DNA of 64,000 nucleotides. Source: Chiloscyllium plagiosum (lineage: Eukaryota). Below are positions 39,411 to 52,477 of the stretch, in pieces. A program made the translations under genes and the position numbers. The notes beneath the pieces were generated by a model. That model had not been told where the DNA came from, ran no database searches, and was given only the letters and a program-made list of their open reading frames with translations. Where the stretch lies: the NCBI RefSeq assembly GCF_004010195.1, contig NC_057718.1:34995376-35059375 (forward strand), in the 5' to 3' direction. Each line of letters starts with the position of its first letter. The first letter of the stretch is position 1.

Positions 39411-40106
39411 AAGTAGCGATGATGTTTGAAGTAGCCGAATTTGTAATGGAGACAATTCTTCTTTATAAACACCTAAAGGCCACTGTTGGAGTTTGAAATA
39501 AATACTGTTGGAGTTTGATTTTGCTGTTGAAGCAAAAACCAAAGACAGTGAAGAAAACACATTGCAGTTGTAAATTTTAACATAAATAAAGCAGCAAGTA
39601 TTGGAAAACTCTCAGAATCTTGATGATATTTTAATAATCACTCACTTCGGGATAAACTGATTGCATGGTATAGTTTATTTAAGACAGTAAAACTTAGTAT
39701 AAGTTATGAATCACACATTACAGTGTACCAACTCATTTCTGTGTGTGCAAATTACTAGCTCAAAGCTGATCCACTGGCAAGCAGAGTTGTAACATTGTGT
39801 ACACACAGCATGTGGAAGTGAGTTCTGTTACAGGCATGTACTACACTATACCTGCCCCATTTTCAAAAGAAAGTTTAACTACTTACAATAGCAAGTAAGC
39901 ATGATTCTCTTATAGGGTAGAGGTAATTCACTGGTATGTCCTGATCTCACGATGGTGACTTTGTCTGGAGGAGTCATTGATTGCCCACAGTTATCAATGG
40001 TATTGTCTATTGTTTCTGTTTGTATTCAGGATCTTGTACATGATGCAACGGGACTGGGAAGCTGGATCAGACCTGATTTGTCCTTATTTCAAACTCACCA
40101 TTGCAC

Positions 40107-41035
40107 TGTTATGTGTAGTGACTTCATAGGACCTCAGTTCTGAATGTATTATTGTCATCATGATTGAGCGTCATGCACATTCTATGGGATCCTAAATGCA
40201 AACTTTATATCTACAACTTTGTAATTAGAGTTTAATTATAGATGATTTGAAGCTGAAAGGGGTGGGGGGAGGGGAGTGTGTAAAGATGAAGATTTTGCTA
40301 CCAACAAGTTGAATAGTCCATGTACTATTGACCAGTTATCAATAACGGAGACCTTTTCACCTGCCAACAATTGTGTAATTGGTTGTCAGATAACTGAACA
40401 GGCTGGATCTAGGGACAAGATACAGAGAGAAGTGTTCATTTCTTCCCCAGCTTGTGAGCAGTCTCTCTATTCTCTGCAGTGAAATTTATTGTAAACCTGA
40501 AGAAAAGCCAATTTACCTTTCCTGCAATAGTTGTTGTAAGCCATAATTTTTAATGGATAAATCAGAAACTTGTGTTACTTTGAGTCTCTTCCCAACCAAT
40601 GGAAACATCTGAAGAAAGACGACTGAAGCAACATATTGACCAGCAGAGGTTTCATAAGAATTATGTCAACAATGGTACCCGGGAACAAAGACAGCTGAAT
40701 TGTCTTCCTGTTATTTTTTTTCTCCTCTATCCAGAACTTATTTGTCAGTTTATTGTCTCTGTGTGTGTGTGTAAGAAGTGTGTAAGAAGATTAAAATTTT
40801 AATTAGTGGCATTATATGCCAATGGTTGATAAATGTTCACCTGGAGATGGTGTCAAATTATTTGTAACAAAATGTATTATTGTTCAATGCATGAAACTGG
40901 TCCATGCTTACTATTACCTTAGGGGTCTGAAGGTCAGGTAAATTCAGGAACTTTGTGTACTTCATAAATCTTTCATGATGACTCGAGGAATAGCAGAGCT
41001 TGATTTCCAGCATTGTACCCCAGTGAGTCACAACA
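40107..41035 (+). mobile_element. Possible solo LTR (5' boundary uncertain)
   Basis: Ends ccagtgagtcacaaca and could start at tgtt/tgta; no ORF; no TSD found. Confidence 0.35.
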
Positions 41036-42614
41036 GAAGAAAATAGTTGGGAGTACATTGTGAGTGGGTGAGGGTAAGTGACTTGTGATAAAGGGGCTGC
41101 AGCACCCACCAATAATTTTAAATGGGAGCACCATAGCTCACAGACCCAGGAAAGGTGGAGCACATGGGCCTACAGGCTGCCTACTGCCTGACAGTCTCAC
41201 AGTATTGACCCTCTCTTTATGTGGCACCTCCCCAGCACAGCCACTATTGGACAACTCTGACAATGAAACTATTGTACACTGAGGGAATCAAGCATTAGGG
41301 ATGTTGAGGAGGGGTAAAGTTTTGACCAGGACCCAATGCCATGTGTATGCACTGTTCCCCACCTTGCAGATGGTACAGTAGGCATCGGTGTAGACACCCA
41401 TCCATTGGGCACAGTGTGTAGTTATGAACTATTGCCAATGGTTTGAAAATGTGCTGAATACCTACGTAGACAATTTCTCAAATGCGTGAAAGAAAGTTAA
41501 CATCACGAACATTGATGGAGAAACTACAATTTACAGAAAAAAAATCTTCTTCACCAATACTAAAGTGTGCTTAATATATTTTGTTCTTTCTTTCCCTCCC
41601 ACTGTGTCTCAACTTGCACTCTTTGCTTTCACATTTTGGATCGAGGGAGCCTACCCAGCTGTGGACCCCATGACCATAGAGCTTGGTGGGATGCCCTTGG
41701 TTCAGTCATGCCAAGAGGTTTCCAGCAAGAGGCAAAATGACTTTCCTCGACTTGAACTTTTAAAGGTCAAAGTGCAGCAAGCAAGATGGAGGTGGAAGGC
41801 ACAGCCATCTGTACAATATCCTGAGAAGAAACTAACGGGGGGGGGGGGGGTGTTGAGCCTGGCCTGTGTGTGGTTGAACCCTTGGCAAGGTGTCTCCTGA
41901 TATCACTCTGTCTCCTTTTGAGGGAGGGCAACTAGACTGAGGCCAAGGTTCCCTGTGCTCCATCGCCATATCTTGAAGATCATTGAGTAGGATAATGGAG
42001 TGTTGGTGAGTGCACCTCTCCAGCAGATCCTGATGGCACTGGGCTTGGCCCTCCATGGAGGCAGCCAGTCAGGCATGTGATTCGCTGTACTGCTGCAGCG
42101 GCAGGGCAGCGAGAGCCGTTGCAATCCCATGTGCCTGTCTACCGCTGCTGAAGGTGGATGAAGTCTATGATAGCCAACACCATAGGATCCTCTCCCTATC
42201 TGGACAGGCAGCTGGTCTGTGCCAGTCCTGTGAGTACCAGCAGCTTGCGCTGTTTCTTCCTCAGCCAGCTACAGAGCTGTCACAGAGTGAGGTGATCATC
42301 AGATTGTGTACCCACACTTGCCAAGGCTCATGTTCCTCCTGCCTGTGGGTATCTGAGCTGGCAGGGGCTGCAGAAAACAGCTTTAACAATGCTTCCTCCT
42401 GGGCCTCAGTATTTTCAGCCTTAGAGGTCCAGGAGGTGGTTGCTCCGCAGTCAGCTGCTCCTCCTCAGATATCAGGAGGTGAAGAATGCTGCCTGGCTTG
42501 CCATGTTCTTCCAGCCTCCTGCTTGCCTGTCATTGTGAAACCTGCAAGGCAAAAGAAAGAGAAAGCTTCCTGCTCTGTGGTTGGCAATGGTATATGCAAC
42601 AACTGAGAGTGATA

Positions 42615-42691
42615 GCAGGTATAACAAGACATCCATGTCCTTCCATGTGAATAAGCACCATGGAAGGACATGGATATCTTGTTATACCTGC
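42615..42691. repeat. 33-bp near-perfect hairpin (1 mismatch, 11-nt loop)
   Basis: gcaggtataacaagacatccatgtccttccatg-tgaataagcac-catggaaggacatggatatcttgttatacctgc. Confidence 0.95.
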
Positions 42692-42802
42692 AGGCTCAGT
42701 TCTGGTATACTCCAGCCAGGGTGAAGTTTTCCTCCTCAGAGTGGATGAGGGCATGGATGTTAGGCATTCCCACATCCACACAGGCTTTCTCTGCCCTGTT
42801 AT

Positions 42803-42923
42803 AGCCATAAAGATGTACAGCACGGAAACAGACCCTTCAGTCCAACCCGTGCATGCCAACCAGATATCCCCACCCAATCTAATCCCACCTGCCAGCACCC
42901 GGCCCATATCCCTCCAAAGCCTT
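42803..42923 (-). mobile_element. Short CR1 3'-end insertion in the Harbinger exon, 8-bp TSD
   Basis: gatgtacagcacggaaacagaccctt...; cctgttat at 42795-42802 and 42924-42931. Confidence 0.85.
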
Positions 42924-43403
42924 CCTGTTATGGTCTGTCTTCTCCTGTAATGAGTGAAAGGGGAGGATTGAGTGAGATGACAGTAGGAGGCACAACTGTA
43001 AGTGCTGGTGCATGTTGGGAAAAAGTGATGAAGAGTTTGGAATGACCGAGGACACAGCAGGGAGGGCAGATAGGGTGGTGGGGTGGGAGGCCTAAGGGGA
43101 AGAGCGAGGGAGGGAATGTTTTGCTGGATGGTGAAGCATGAGCCTTAGTGGGAAGTGTGCACGCTGGTACTGATAGGTCAGGTTGGCAAGGGCTGGTGGT
43201 ACAGACACTTCTGGTGGTCCTTCAGGAAGAGGGCACTTCTCTGTTGCACCACCCCTCCATCAGGACATCTAGGTTCTTGTCAGAGAAACGTGGTCCTTTT
43301 CTCCAAGATGTTCAGATTCCGTCCATTAACAAACAGGGCAACTTCAGAATGCTTGGGCTCATCCAAGTTTTGATAGCTGGATGCATGGATGCTGTGTAGT
43401 GAT

Positions 43404-43630
43404 TGTAACAAGGTGAGCCAGGTGGACCTTGGAGAATATGAGTTCCCCGAGTGAGGCTGTTAATCTGGTTCAATCATGGAGCCCTGGCTGACAGATATAA
43501 ACAGAAGCATCAGAGGTTCTGTTCACTCTGAGAGCTGGCTCTGAGGAAGTTGGATCAGTATCAAGGACTTTACACATGTAGATAAAAAGTAACTTGGTGA
43601 CAAGCTACTGGCCTCTGTGGAGTTATTTTA
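43404..43630 (+). mobile_element. Short solo LTR (~227 bp)
   Basis: Starts tgtaaca, ends gttatttta; TATA-like gatataaa; flanks tgat/tgct resemble a 4-bp TSD. Confidence 0.65.
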
Positions 43631-43974
43631 TGCTTATCATTTGTTGGAAACCTACTTAATGATGAATTGTTGTTGGAATGGCACATGGAAAGATCGGGCA
43701 GAAATCGGATGAGAGATGCGATAGGGGCATGGTGGGTGATTAAATGACAAGCTCAGTAAGACAAGGGGAAAATAGCTTGCTTAGCCATGAAATGAGAAGC
43801 CCTCCAAAATATTCAATGCACCTCAGACTTAACCAAAGATTCAGCGCAATGAACCACTATATAAAAATTATTAGAAATACATGCCAGTAAAATAATTCAG
43901 ATCGATGTGTGCAGATTCAGTGGCAGGCAGAGTTGCAACTTTGAATTGCACAACACATAGTCCTTACAGACATA

Positions 43975-44321
43975 CCATAGGATCCCTACAATGTGGAAAC
44001 AGGCAATTCAGCCCAATATGTCCATACCGACCCTCCAAAGAGTATCCCACCCAGACCTATCACCCAACCATCTCCCAAAACCCAGCATTCCCCATGTATA
44101 ATGTACCCAACCCACACATCCCTGAACACTATAGGTAATTTAGCATGGCCAATCCACCTAATGTGCGCATCTTTGGACTGTGGGAGGAAACCGGAGCATC
44201 TTGCAGACATCTTTGCAGACACTGTGCAAATTATACACAGACAATCAGCCAAGGCTAGAATCAAACCTCGGTTCCTGGCACTGTGAGGCAGCAATGCTAA
44301 CCACTGAGCACTGTGCCACCC
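43975..44321 (-). mobile_element. HE1-type SINE
   Basis: Reverse complement of the HE1 head, body and tail. Confidence 0.9.
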
Positions 44322-44419
44322 AAATTATATTTTCTAAAAGAGAAAAAAAAACAAAATAAGGTGCAGCTGTGGATAGAAAGGTTTATTTTGAATCCATACG
44401 AGGTCTTCTTCTTCATCTT

Positions 44420-44560
44420 CTTCTGAAGAAAGCTCCTATTAGACTCAAATGCTAATTCTGTTGACCTCGGCCTCGATCCTGTCCGGAATTGTTGGGTTTC
44501 TGCTGTACTTTCTTTATTTTGTGTCAGATTTTCAGCACCTGCAGTATTTTGCTTTTATTT
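44420..44560 (+). mobile_element. Decayed Penelope pLTR fragment
   Basis: ttctgaagaa...gactcaaatg...cagattttcagcacctgcagtattttgctttt. Confidence 0.55.
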
Positions 44561-45004
44561 TGGAGACGTTAACACTTAAATGAGGAAACCCCAATCTCAC
44601 CTTTATAGATTAGATCAATGCCAGCTGCATATGAATCAACAACTTCAAGAAAATAGATAGAATGCAAGTACTCATAAAAGCAACTTTGCTGTTAGTTGCA
44701 TAGTGCCATCAGCAAAACCCCCCTGAGATATGGATTTCTGTGGCTCCAATGATGCTCTAGATGGGTTTTTTTATGCTGAAGAATGATCACTAGTTGTGTT
44801 TCTGTCAATGAACAAGGGACAGAATGGACCCTGGATCCTAAGAGATCCCATTCCAATTCTTATGTCAATGCTTCAATTCATTGCTCTAGCAGAAGGTGTT
44901 GTATTGCTTTCAGTAGTATAAGAGATTAAGATAGTCTTCTATCTATTTTGAGCTTGAATTTGAAGATCACAAGTCGCATTTCATGGAGTCAAGTTGTGGA
45001 AGCA

Positions 45005-45197
45005 GGCCATTTCAATGTGCAGGTTCAGTAGATTGGCCATGGTAAATTGTCTCATAGTAGCTAGGAGTATGCAGGCTAAGTGGACTGGCCATGGTAAATG
45101 CAGGATTACAGAGATGGGGTGTTGGGGTGGTGCTAGGTCTGGTTAGGATGCTCTTGGGAGGAGCCAAATGGCCTCTTTCTGCACTGTAGGGATTCTA
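45005..45197 (+). mobile_element. Partial HE1-type SINE (3' half)
   Basis: atgtgcaggttcagtagattggccatggtaaattg...gcactgtagggattcta. Confidence 0.7.
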
Positions 45198-45532
45198 ACC
45201 AAAAATATTGTGCCAGATTTGCCAATTGTTTTCACCACTAGTATAGGAAATCCAATGAAAAGATACTCAGGATAAATTGAAGTTCCAGACTGATAACTTC
45301 AGATTAGAGAAACTTGTGCCAACTTGTCATGTAACAATGCCAACTTATCAGAGTGGAGTGAAACCATACTATAGTGTGAAATCATGGGCAAGCCAGCAAC
45401 CAACATCAAGATCTCTCTGTGAAACCCCACAAGGATGGCTGAGGAGGCTGCTGACCCTGAAGAATCTGTTGAGTACCTGCCTGTTTCCCTAACTAAAACT
45501 GTAAAAGCCAAGAGACACTTCAGGATTTCACA

Positions 45533-45868
45533 ATCATAGAATCCTTACTGTGTGCAAAGAAGCCATTTGGCCCATCACATTTAGATTCATAGAGATGTAC
45601 AGCACAAAAACAGACCTAGCATCCTACTCACACTTACCATGGCTAAACTACCCAGCCCACACATCCCTGGACACTATGGGCAATTTAGCATGGCCAATCC
45701 ACCTAATCTGCACATCTTTGGACTGTGGGAAGAACCCAGAGCACCTGGAGAAAAGCCACGCAGACACTGGGAGAACATGCAGAATCTACACAGACAGAAA
45801 GTCAAGGCTGGAATCAAACTCAGGTCCCTGATGGTGTGAGGCAGCAGTGCTAACCACTTAGCCACCAT
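45533..45868 (-). mobile_element. HE1-type SINE
   Basis: Reverse complement of the HE1 head and V domain; rearranged tail. Confidence 0.85.
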
Positions 45869-46959
45869 GTACAATGCAGCATGAAAACATAGAGAAACCA
45901 TTTGGCTGTATTGACAACATATCAGACAGCACACAAAGTGGGCAAAGACCGTTGAGCTTTTCCAGAGCAAACTCCCAAGATTTTTGAATGCTTTTTACTG
46001 CACAAGATCAGGTCTGTGGAATTTTTTTAAAAATAAAGATATTTTACACATATGTACTGTGTTATTGTGTTTTCATTTGCGTTTTTTTTTCACATGGTGC
46101 CTACTTGTAAGCAGAATAGGGACCCCTTTTGCGATCTCAAAACTTCATTGTACATGAATGCATGGCCGGGCCTTAATGACTCAATTTGTCACACAATTTT
46201 ACTGCTTAGGCATATAGGTACGCACTGGGTCCAATGTCTCGGGGTTAGATTTTTTTCATTCATAAGAATAAATCTTGAATTAATACAGTAGAACAAATGG
46301 ATTGAGAAATGCTGATTAATACTTGCTAACCGTGGCACACAATTCTTGTATCTTTCATTAACCCCGCCCTTAATCAGTTTGCAACAAGTTTATTCTTTGG
46401 CATCAAGTTTCAACGAAATGTATACTTTGAAAATGCACAGCTCTTTTGCTGTCTGAATGCCCCCAAATCTGTCCTATGCAAATTGGTGAGGCATTGAAAT
46501 ACATTTTAAGGAGAAGTAATGTAATCATTGAATTAGAATGCAACAGAAGTCCAACCACTGAAATCACTGCCAAATGTTAAAATTACAACAACTTAAATTA
46601 ATCCAGCCTCAGGGGAGAGGACATTTCTCATTACACTACTATCATATTAATAAAGCTAAATTAAACTGTTTGTGGTAATAATTTAAATATTAAGTTGCCA
46701 TGTTGATTTTGTACATATGGTCAAAATAATGAAGCCCAGCCAGCCAAACAGGCAGTGTGATAGTCCCCATTCTATTCATTATAACTGAAAGCAGCTATTC
46801 ACCTCAAAGATTAACTGCACGCTGCTGCTCTGGTGTCAGTATTAAAGATGGCCCAGATAGAAAACTCTTTTGCCTCAGTCACCTCCATAATAAAACTAGC
46901 CTGTCCACCTTTTACATAAATGATTAGTAGTTTCCTGATAAATGCAGTGTTTTTGTCCA

Positions 46960-47720
46960 ATCTGGACCAAATTTGAAGGCCACTCAATTCTCTTCAGTTC
47001 TGCATTCAAGGAACTTGGTGTGTCCTTGAATGTTGACAAAATAAAACTCAAATATTTCAACCCACACTTTGTCAGCCAAATATTCCACCTCCCATAAACA
47101 CTGGAGGAGAAACCGTAGAATATTTTACACACTTCCCAAAGCTTGGCAGCCACCTCTCTCAAAAGGACGAGGAGATTCAGAACCAGATTAACCGTGCCAA
47201 CTCAGCCTTCTACACTCTACGGCAGAGAGCATTTAACAAGTCAACAAAAGTCCTTGTGTAGAGAACAATGTTGTTACAGTGTTGCAATGCAGCAAGATCT
47301 GGACTGTGTATCAGCAATGCAGGAGGCTGCTGGAGAAATTCCATCAGTAATGCCTCTGCCACATTGACTACATTCAAGAAGAAGACATTGAACAAACTTT
47401 AATGTCCTTTTTCAAGCCAGTTCCACAGGCATTTAGAAAACATTCAGGCAAAATCAGCTTCAGTGGAATGAACACTCTGTCTGGAAGGCTGAAAAATATT
47501 TCCTTGCCAGATCCTGTTTGCTCAATTCTCAAATGGCCAACGTTCCAGGGCAGTGCAAAGAAATACATTTAAAAACATTCTGAAGCTCTCCCTGAAGACT
47601 GGCAGAATTGAAATGAATGTTTGGGAGAAGCTTGCCATCAATTGTTCAGAATGGTGACAAGTTGTCCATCAAACCACTGCGCATCATGAGTCACAATGTC
47701 TTAAAATGAGGCAGCACAGT
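46960..47720 (+). mobile_element. Decayed RTE-clade LINE fragment (post-RT)
   Basis: FSSAFKELGVSLNVDK...FPKLGSHLSQKDEEIQNQINRANSAF...WTVYQ...LEKFHQ. Confidence 0.75.
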
Positions 47721-49348
47721 GCCAGGGATGAAAAAAAAGTGATCCCACCACCTTATGGGGCCTCATACACCCAAACGTCTGTGCATCAAGCACAAATGTG
47801 CTTATAGCATATCAATGCCTTTCTTGCAATGTGTTACCAAGACTTTTAATTTAAAATTAAAAGTTACAGCAAGACCACGATGCAAGTCATCAAAAAAGAG
47901 TTTCAACTAATGTGTCATGAACTTCAGTTACTAAAGATCAGAAATTGTGAAAAATCAGCTGATGCATTTATACACACTTTTATTTATACATGGGGAAATA
48001 TTTTAATCAATTTACGTCAACGAAGTCCAGAGTGTATGAAGAGATTGAGAACTAATCTTATTCATTATTGTTCTCATGTAAACATGGCGTTCCCTGTAAT
48101 AACATTTAAATAAATTTGCGCAAGTTAATCCAGCAATGGTTCTGCACAGATATCCTTTTGAAAGTTTCAGGATGTTAAGAACAAAACAACAGAGCAAAGG
48201 GGAAAAGTTCCATGTGTTGGGGGTTGTGGAGGGTGGGGGGAGCGTTAGGGGAGCAGTGTGATAAATTGTTATGTCAAACATGAACTTAAACCATATGTGT
48301 CCTAATCTTTCATCTGTCCATAGAGAATGTGTCTATGGGTTAAAATTACATGGTACTGATCGCAAGGTTCTTGAACACAGTTTACTGCTATCCAAGTTGT
48401 TCTTGTAAAAATAAAGCAGAAAATGTGAAAGCAAAGCACATGAAACTGCAACTTTATCAAATGGTCAACAAGGGAATAGCTTTAATGTTTAATGGGAAAA
48501 TATAAATATAACAGTCAAAGCATATTAATTTATTTGGCACACTCAAAGTACATGTTCATAAATATTCATCTCACATTTGAATGTGGTTCTAAGGCAGTTT
48601 CTTATATCTGCGTGTGACCCAGTCAAAACATAGTGCAGACAGTGCTAGCACTGACAGACAACAATACATAACTGTGGGCGTTCTTTTACTAGAATAACCC
48701 AAACCTCTTGCATTGTTATCAAATTAATGCAACGTAATGATTTGCAGGGACTTTTCCGGCATTTATAATGACTTCACTGTTAGTTTGGACTAAATGTTCT
48801 TTGCAGTATGAGAACAATAAGATCATGAGTCACGTAGTTACTGTATTTTAGTTGCACAACGTGGTACGGTATGTCCTATTTCTGAACATCCACTTTATGC
48901 AGCATCTGGTTAAAATAGACAGCGCAATCAGATTTTATGAATGCTTCTAGTTTTGAGCCTAAACCAGACTCAGACTACTGCAGCAATATATTTGAAATAA
49001 TGGTTAGCCTTCCCCTACAGGATACAAGCTTGCTGCTTTGTTTTTCTGTGATTTTCCTTTGTTTGGATAAAATGGAAACACATTTAAATATAATAAATAA
49101 TATGTAAGTGTAATGGCTGACCTTGGTTGAGGTGAGGCCTAATGAATCCACAAATGTACTCCAACAGCAGGCCCCTAAACACTTCAGATATCTGGCTTGA
49201 TGATGCTAGTTTGCATATCCACAGGGAAGACACATATCTTGAATGTTCTGTTTTAAGCATCTGCACATTCCAGCTTCTAAAATCATTGAACCCATGGAAC
49301 ATGCTAGGCAGAAGTCACCATCTTTCTCTCTTCCCTCAGCATTACTAT

Positions 49349-49472
49349 TGATTTGATTTGATTGAATTTGATTTGATTTGATTTATTACTGTCATGTGTA
49401 CCGAGGTACAGTGAAAAGTGTTGTCTTATGTGTTTTACAGGCAGACCATTCCATACAAGTGCATTAGGGTAA
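49349..49472 (-). mobile_element. LINE/SINE 3' end with (TTTGA)n tail
   Basis: atttgatttg...atttattactgtcatgtgtaccgaggtacagtgaaaagt. Confidence 0.55.
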
Positions 49473-49736
49473 CTATAGCTCCTATTCTGGTGATAAACGC
49501 CAATTTCCTTTTAAACAATAGCACTCAGAATAATCTTGATTTCACATGTCAATGAATGCCTAAGATTTGTATTGCATCCATTAGTTTTTGATGAATGGTA
49601 TGGCTGTAATTCAATAGAGGTTTGAGATGTACACTTGCTCAGAATGATGTGAAGATGTGTTAGCAGTTCCACATTTTCCATAGGCCCAGCGACATGTGCT
49701 CTCTGTTTTCCTACATACGTGCACAAATTCAACTTC

Positions 49737-49908
49737 CAAAAACCAAATAGTGAGTGCTGGAGAAACTCAGCAGGTCTAGCAGCATTTGTCAAGGAAATAC
49801 TAGAATTAATGTATCTAGTGCAGTGACCCTTTGTCGGGTCTGCTGTTTGTGCTTCTCCAGCACTCTCATGTTTTTGTTTCTGATTTCCGGTAACTGCAGT
49901 TTTTTGTG
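49737..49908. mobile_element. Palindromic pLTR-derived mini element
   Basis: gagtgctggagaaactcagcagg ... ctgctg...ttctccagcactc in inverted arrangement. Confidence 0.6.
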
Positions 49909-50394
49909 TTTATCCAAATTAGGGAGTTGCATTTGTATTGCTGGCAGAAAGCATTAATTAATCCAAAATGAAAATAAAATACTTCACCAATAGATGTAAC
50001 ATTGAAACCATGTGAAATATCTGATGAAAAATGACAGATAATCCTATTCTACGTAAGGACTCTCCATGTTGAGATTGACCAGTGATATCAATGCATCACA
50101 TTTATGGCTCTAATACAATTTTATATAAAAGTAGGTCCTCAAGGACAGTATCAAGCCATTCAGACCACGCAGTCACGGCTACCATTCACATTCCACATGA
50201 GTCTCTTCGTAATCCGGCTCATCTAATCTCATCCTTGTAAGATATCCAAGCTGCTTCTTGCTATGCAATCAATTTCGAATCAAAGTATTTTGATAGAGTC
50301 TGTGAATGACAAAAGAGTTTACATTACCCGAAAAGTATTGTCCCAAGGATTGAAGAACCTCAATCTTATCCTGAATTTCACAGCACAACCTTTT

Positions 50395-51561
50395 AGAGTC
50401 ATAGAATCATAGAGATGTACAGCATGGAAACAGACCCTTCGGTCCAATCTGTCCATTCTGACCAGATATCCCAACCCAATCTAGTCCCACCCTCCAGCAC
50501 TCAGCCCATATCCCTCCAAACCCTTCCTATCCATATACCCATCCAAATGCCTCTTAAATGTTGCAATTGTACCAGCCTCCACCACTTCCTCTGGCAGCTC
50601 ATTCCATACACGTACCACCCTCTGTGTGAAAACGTTGCCCCTTAGGTCTCTTTTATATCTTTCCCCTCTCACCCTAAACCCATGCCCTCTAGTTCGGGAC
50701 TCCCCGACCACATGGAAAAGACTTTGTCTATTTATCCTATCCATGCCCCTCATAATTTTGTAAACCTCTATAAGGTCACCCCTCAGCTTCCTACGCTCCA
50801 GGGTAAACAGCCCCAGCTTGTTCAGCCTCTCCCTATAGCACAGATCCTCCAACCCTGGCAACATCCTTGTAAATCGTTCCGGAATCCTTTCAAGTTTCAC
50901 AACATCTTTCCAATAGGAAGGAGACCAGAATTGCACACAATATTCCAACAATGGCCTAACCAATGTCCTGTACAGCCACAACATGACCTCCCAACTCCTG
51001 TACTCAATACTCTGACCAATAAAGGAAAGCATACCAAACGCCTTCTTCACTATCCTAGCTACCTGCGACTCCACTTTCAAGGAGCTATGAACCTGCACTC
51101 CAAGGTCTCTTTGTTCAGCAACACTCCCTAGGACCTTACCATTAAGTGTATAAGTCCTGCTAAGATTTGCTTTCCCAAAATGCAGCACCTCGCATTTTTC
51201 TGAATTAAACTCCATCTGCCACTTCTCAGCCCATTGGCCCATTTGGTCCAGATTCTGTTGTAATCTGAGGTAACCCTCTTTGCTGTCCACTACACCTCCA
51301 ATTTTGGTGTCATCTGCAAACTTACTAACTGTACCTCTTATGCTCGTATCCAAATCATTTATGTAAATGACAAAAAGTAAAGGGCCCAACACCGATCCTT
51401 GTGGCACTCCACTGGTCACAGGCCTCCAGACTGAAAAACAACCCTCCACAACCATCCTCTGTCTTCTACCTTTGAGCTAGTTCTGTATCCAAATGACTAG
51501 TTCTCCCTATATTTCGTGAGATCTAACCTTGCTAATCAGTCTCCCACGGGGAACCTTGTCG
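50395..51561 (-). mobile_element. 5'-truncated CR1 LINE with an uninterrupted 324-aa ORF2 C-terminal frame (50481-51455)
   Basis: SGVPQGSVLGP, KFADDTK, WQMEFN..KC, RTRGH, FTQRVV..WN.LP; tail at 50395-50414. Confidence 0.97.
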
Positions 51562-52477
51562 TAGTGTGGTTGTATTGTGGCAGCTTTGTGATTGCTTCTC
51601 TTCAAATTGTCATGTCCCAGTGTACTACAGATTTCAGTCAGTACATTTAAAAGTTGGACGTAACAGGTGATTAAAATGGCAGTGGGAACTATGTGATCTT
51701 TGGTATTTGAGCTACAGTCAGTACCAGGCCTCAAGTGAATACCTAATTAAACATGAACGTTCACTGCCGTCCAGGGAACCACACATATTTTTAAAAGACA
51801 AACCAACACAAAAGAATTATAGAAATTCCAGTTTGTAAATATCTCTCTGTCTCATTCTGAACAAAACGGAACATGAAAACTCAATTTGTGGCAGACAGAA
51901 TTGAATAGATCCTATCGTATGCCACTGTCTTTTAATGACATATTCCCATTTAAACACTCTGAGTGAATCTCAAGGATGTTGAACAACAGAATATTGTGTC
52001 CATCACTACTTACTTTGAAATGACAATAGTCACATGAAGGCACAACCATATTTGATTTGTTTACGTAAAGGAACAAGTAGAAGCCGTTGGCGTTGGCTTC
52101 ACCAGAAAGTTATTTAACCAACAGTTCAATGATCTCTGCAAGTCAGCAAACAGCCAAGTGACATACATTGAAAGTGGAAAATCCCAACAGAGACAAGGAC
52201 CTGTTCAACCTCGAATTCATCCGAGAGCCAACCGCTTCCAGATTTGACTTCAGGAAACCTCACAGCCTGCTGAATACTCCTTTGGTTTACATGACCCTCA
52301 CTTCAACTTTAGGTTATCACAACCATCCAAAAAATGATTGACCTACCATACGAGAAACCAGAGGTCATAAACCAGAAGTGAAATTAAGGATAATTTGTAA
52401 AGGTGGACTATCTTTAATTCTAATCAGACTTTGCAGTTGAGGGTGTCAGAATGAGAATGAGCGTGTGACACGTTGCT

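Larger units (their letters stand above)
41085..43850 (-). mobile_element. Decayed PIF/Harbinger transposon with a multi-exon Myb/SANT-like gene on the minus strand
   Basis: GC-rich block; RKGPRFSDKNLDVLMEG/VVQQRSALF (43302-43230) and, after an acceptor at 42944, EKTDHNRAEKACVDVGMPNIHALIHSEEENFTLAG; possible transposase C-terminal relic on + near 41120-41220. Confidence 0.7.

Noticed and set aside
42055..42606. 183-aa plus-strand ORF
   Set aside because: Antisense to the decayed Harbinger Myb-like gene in a GC-rich block; no recognisable domain.
50481..51455. 324-aa ORF as a functional CDS
   Set aside because: 5'-truncated CR1 ORF2 lacking the endonuclease and N-terminal RT; an open frame reflects youth.
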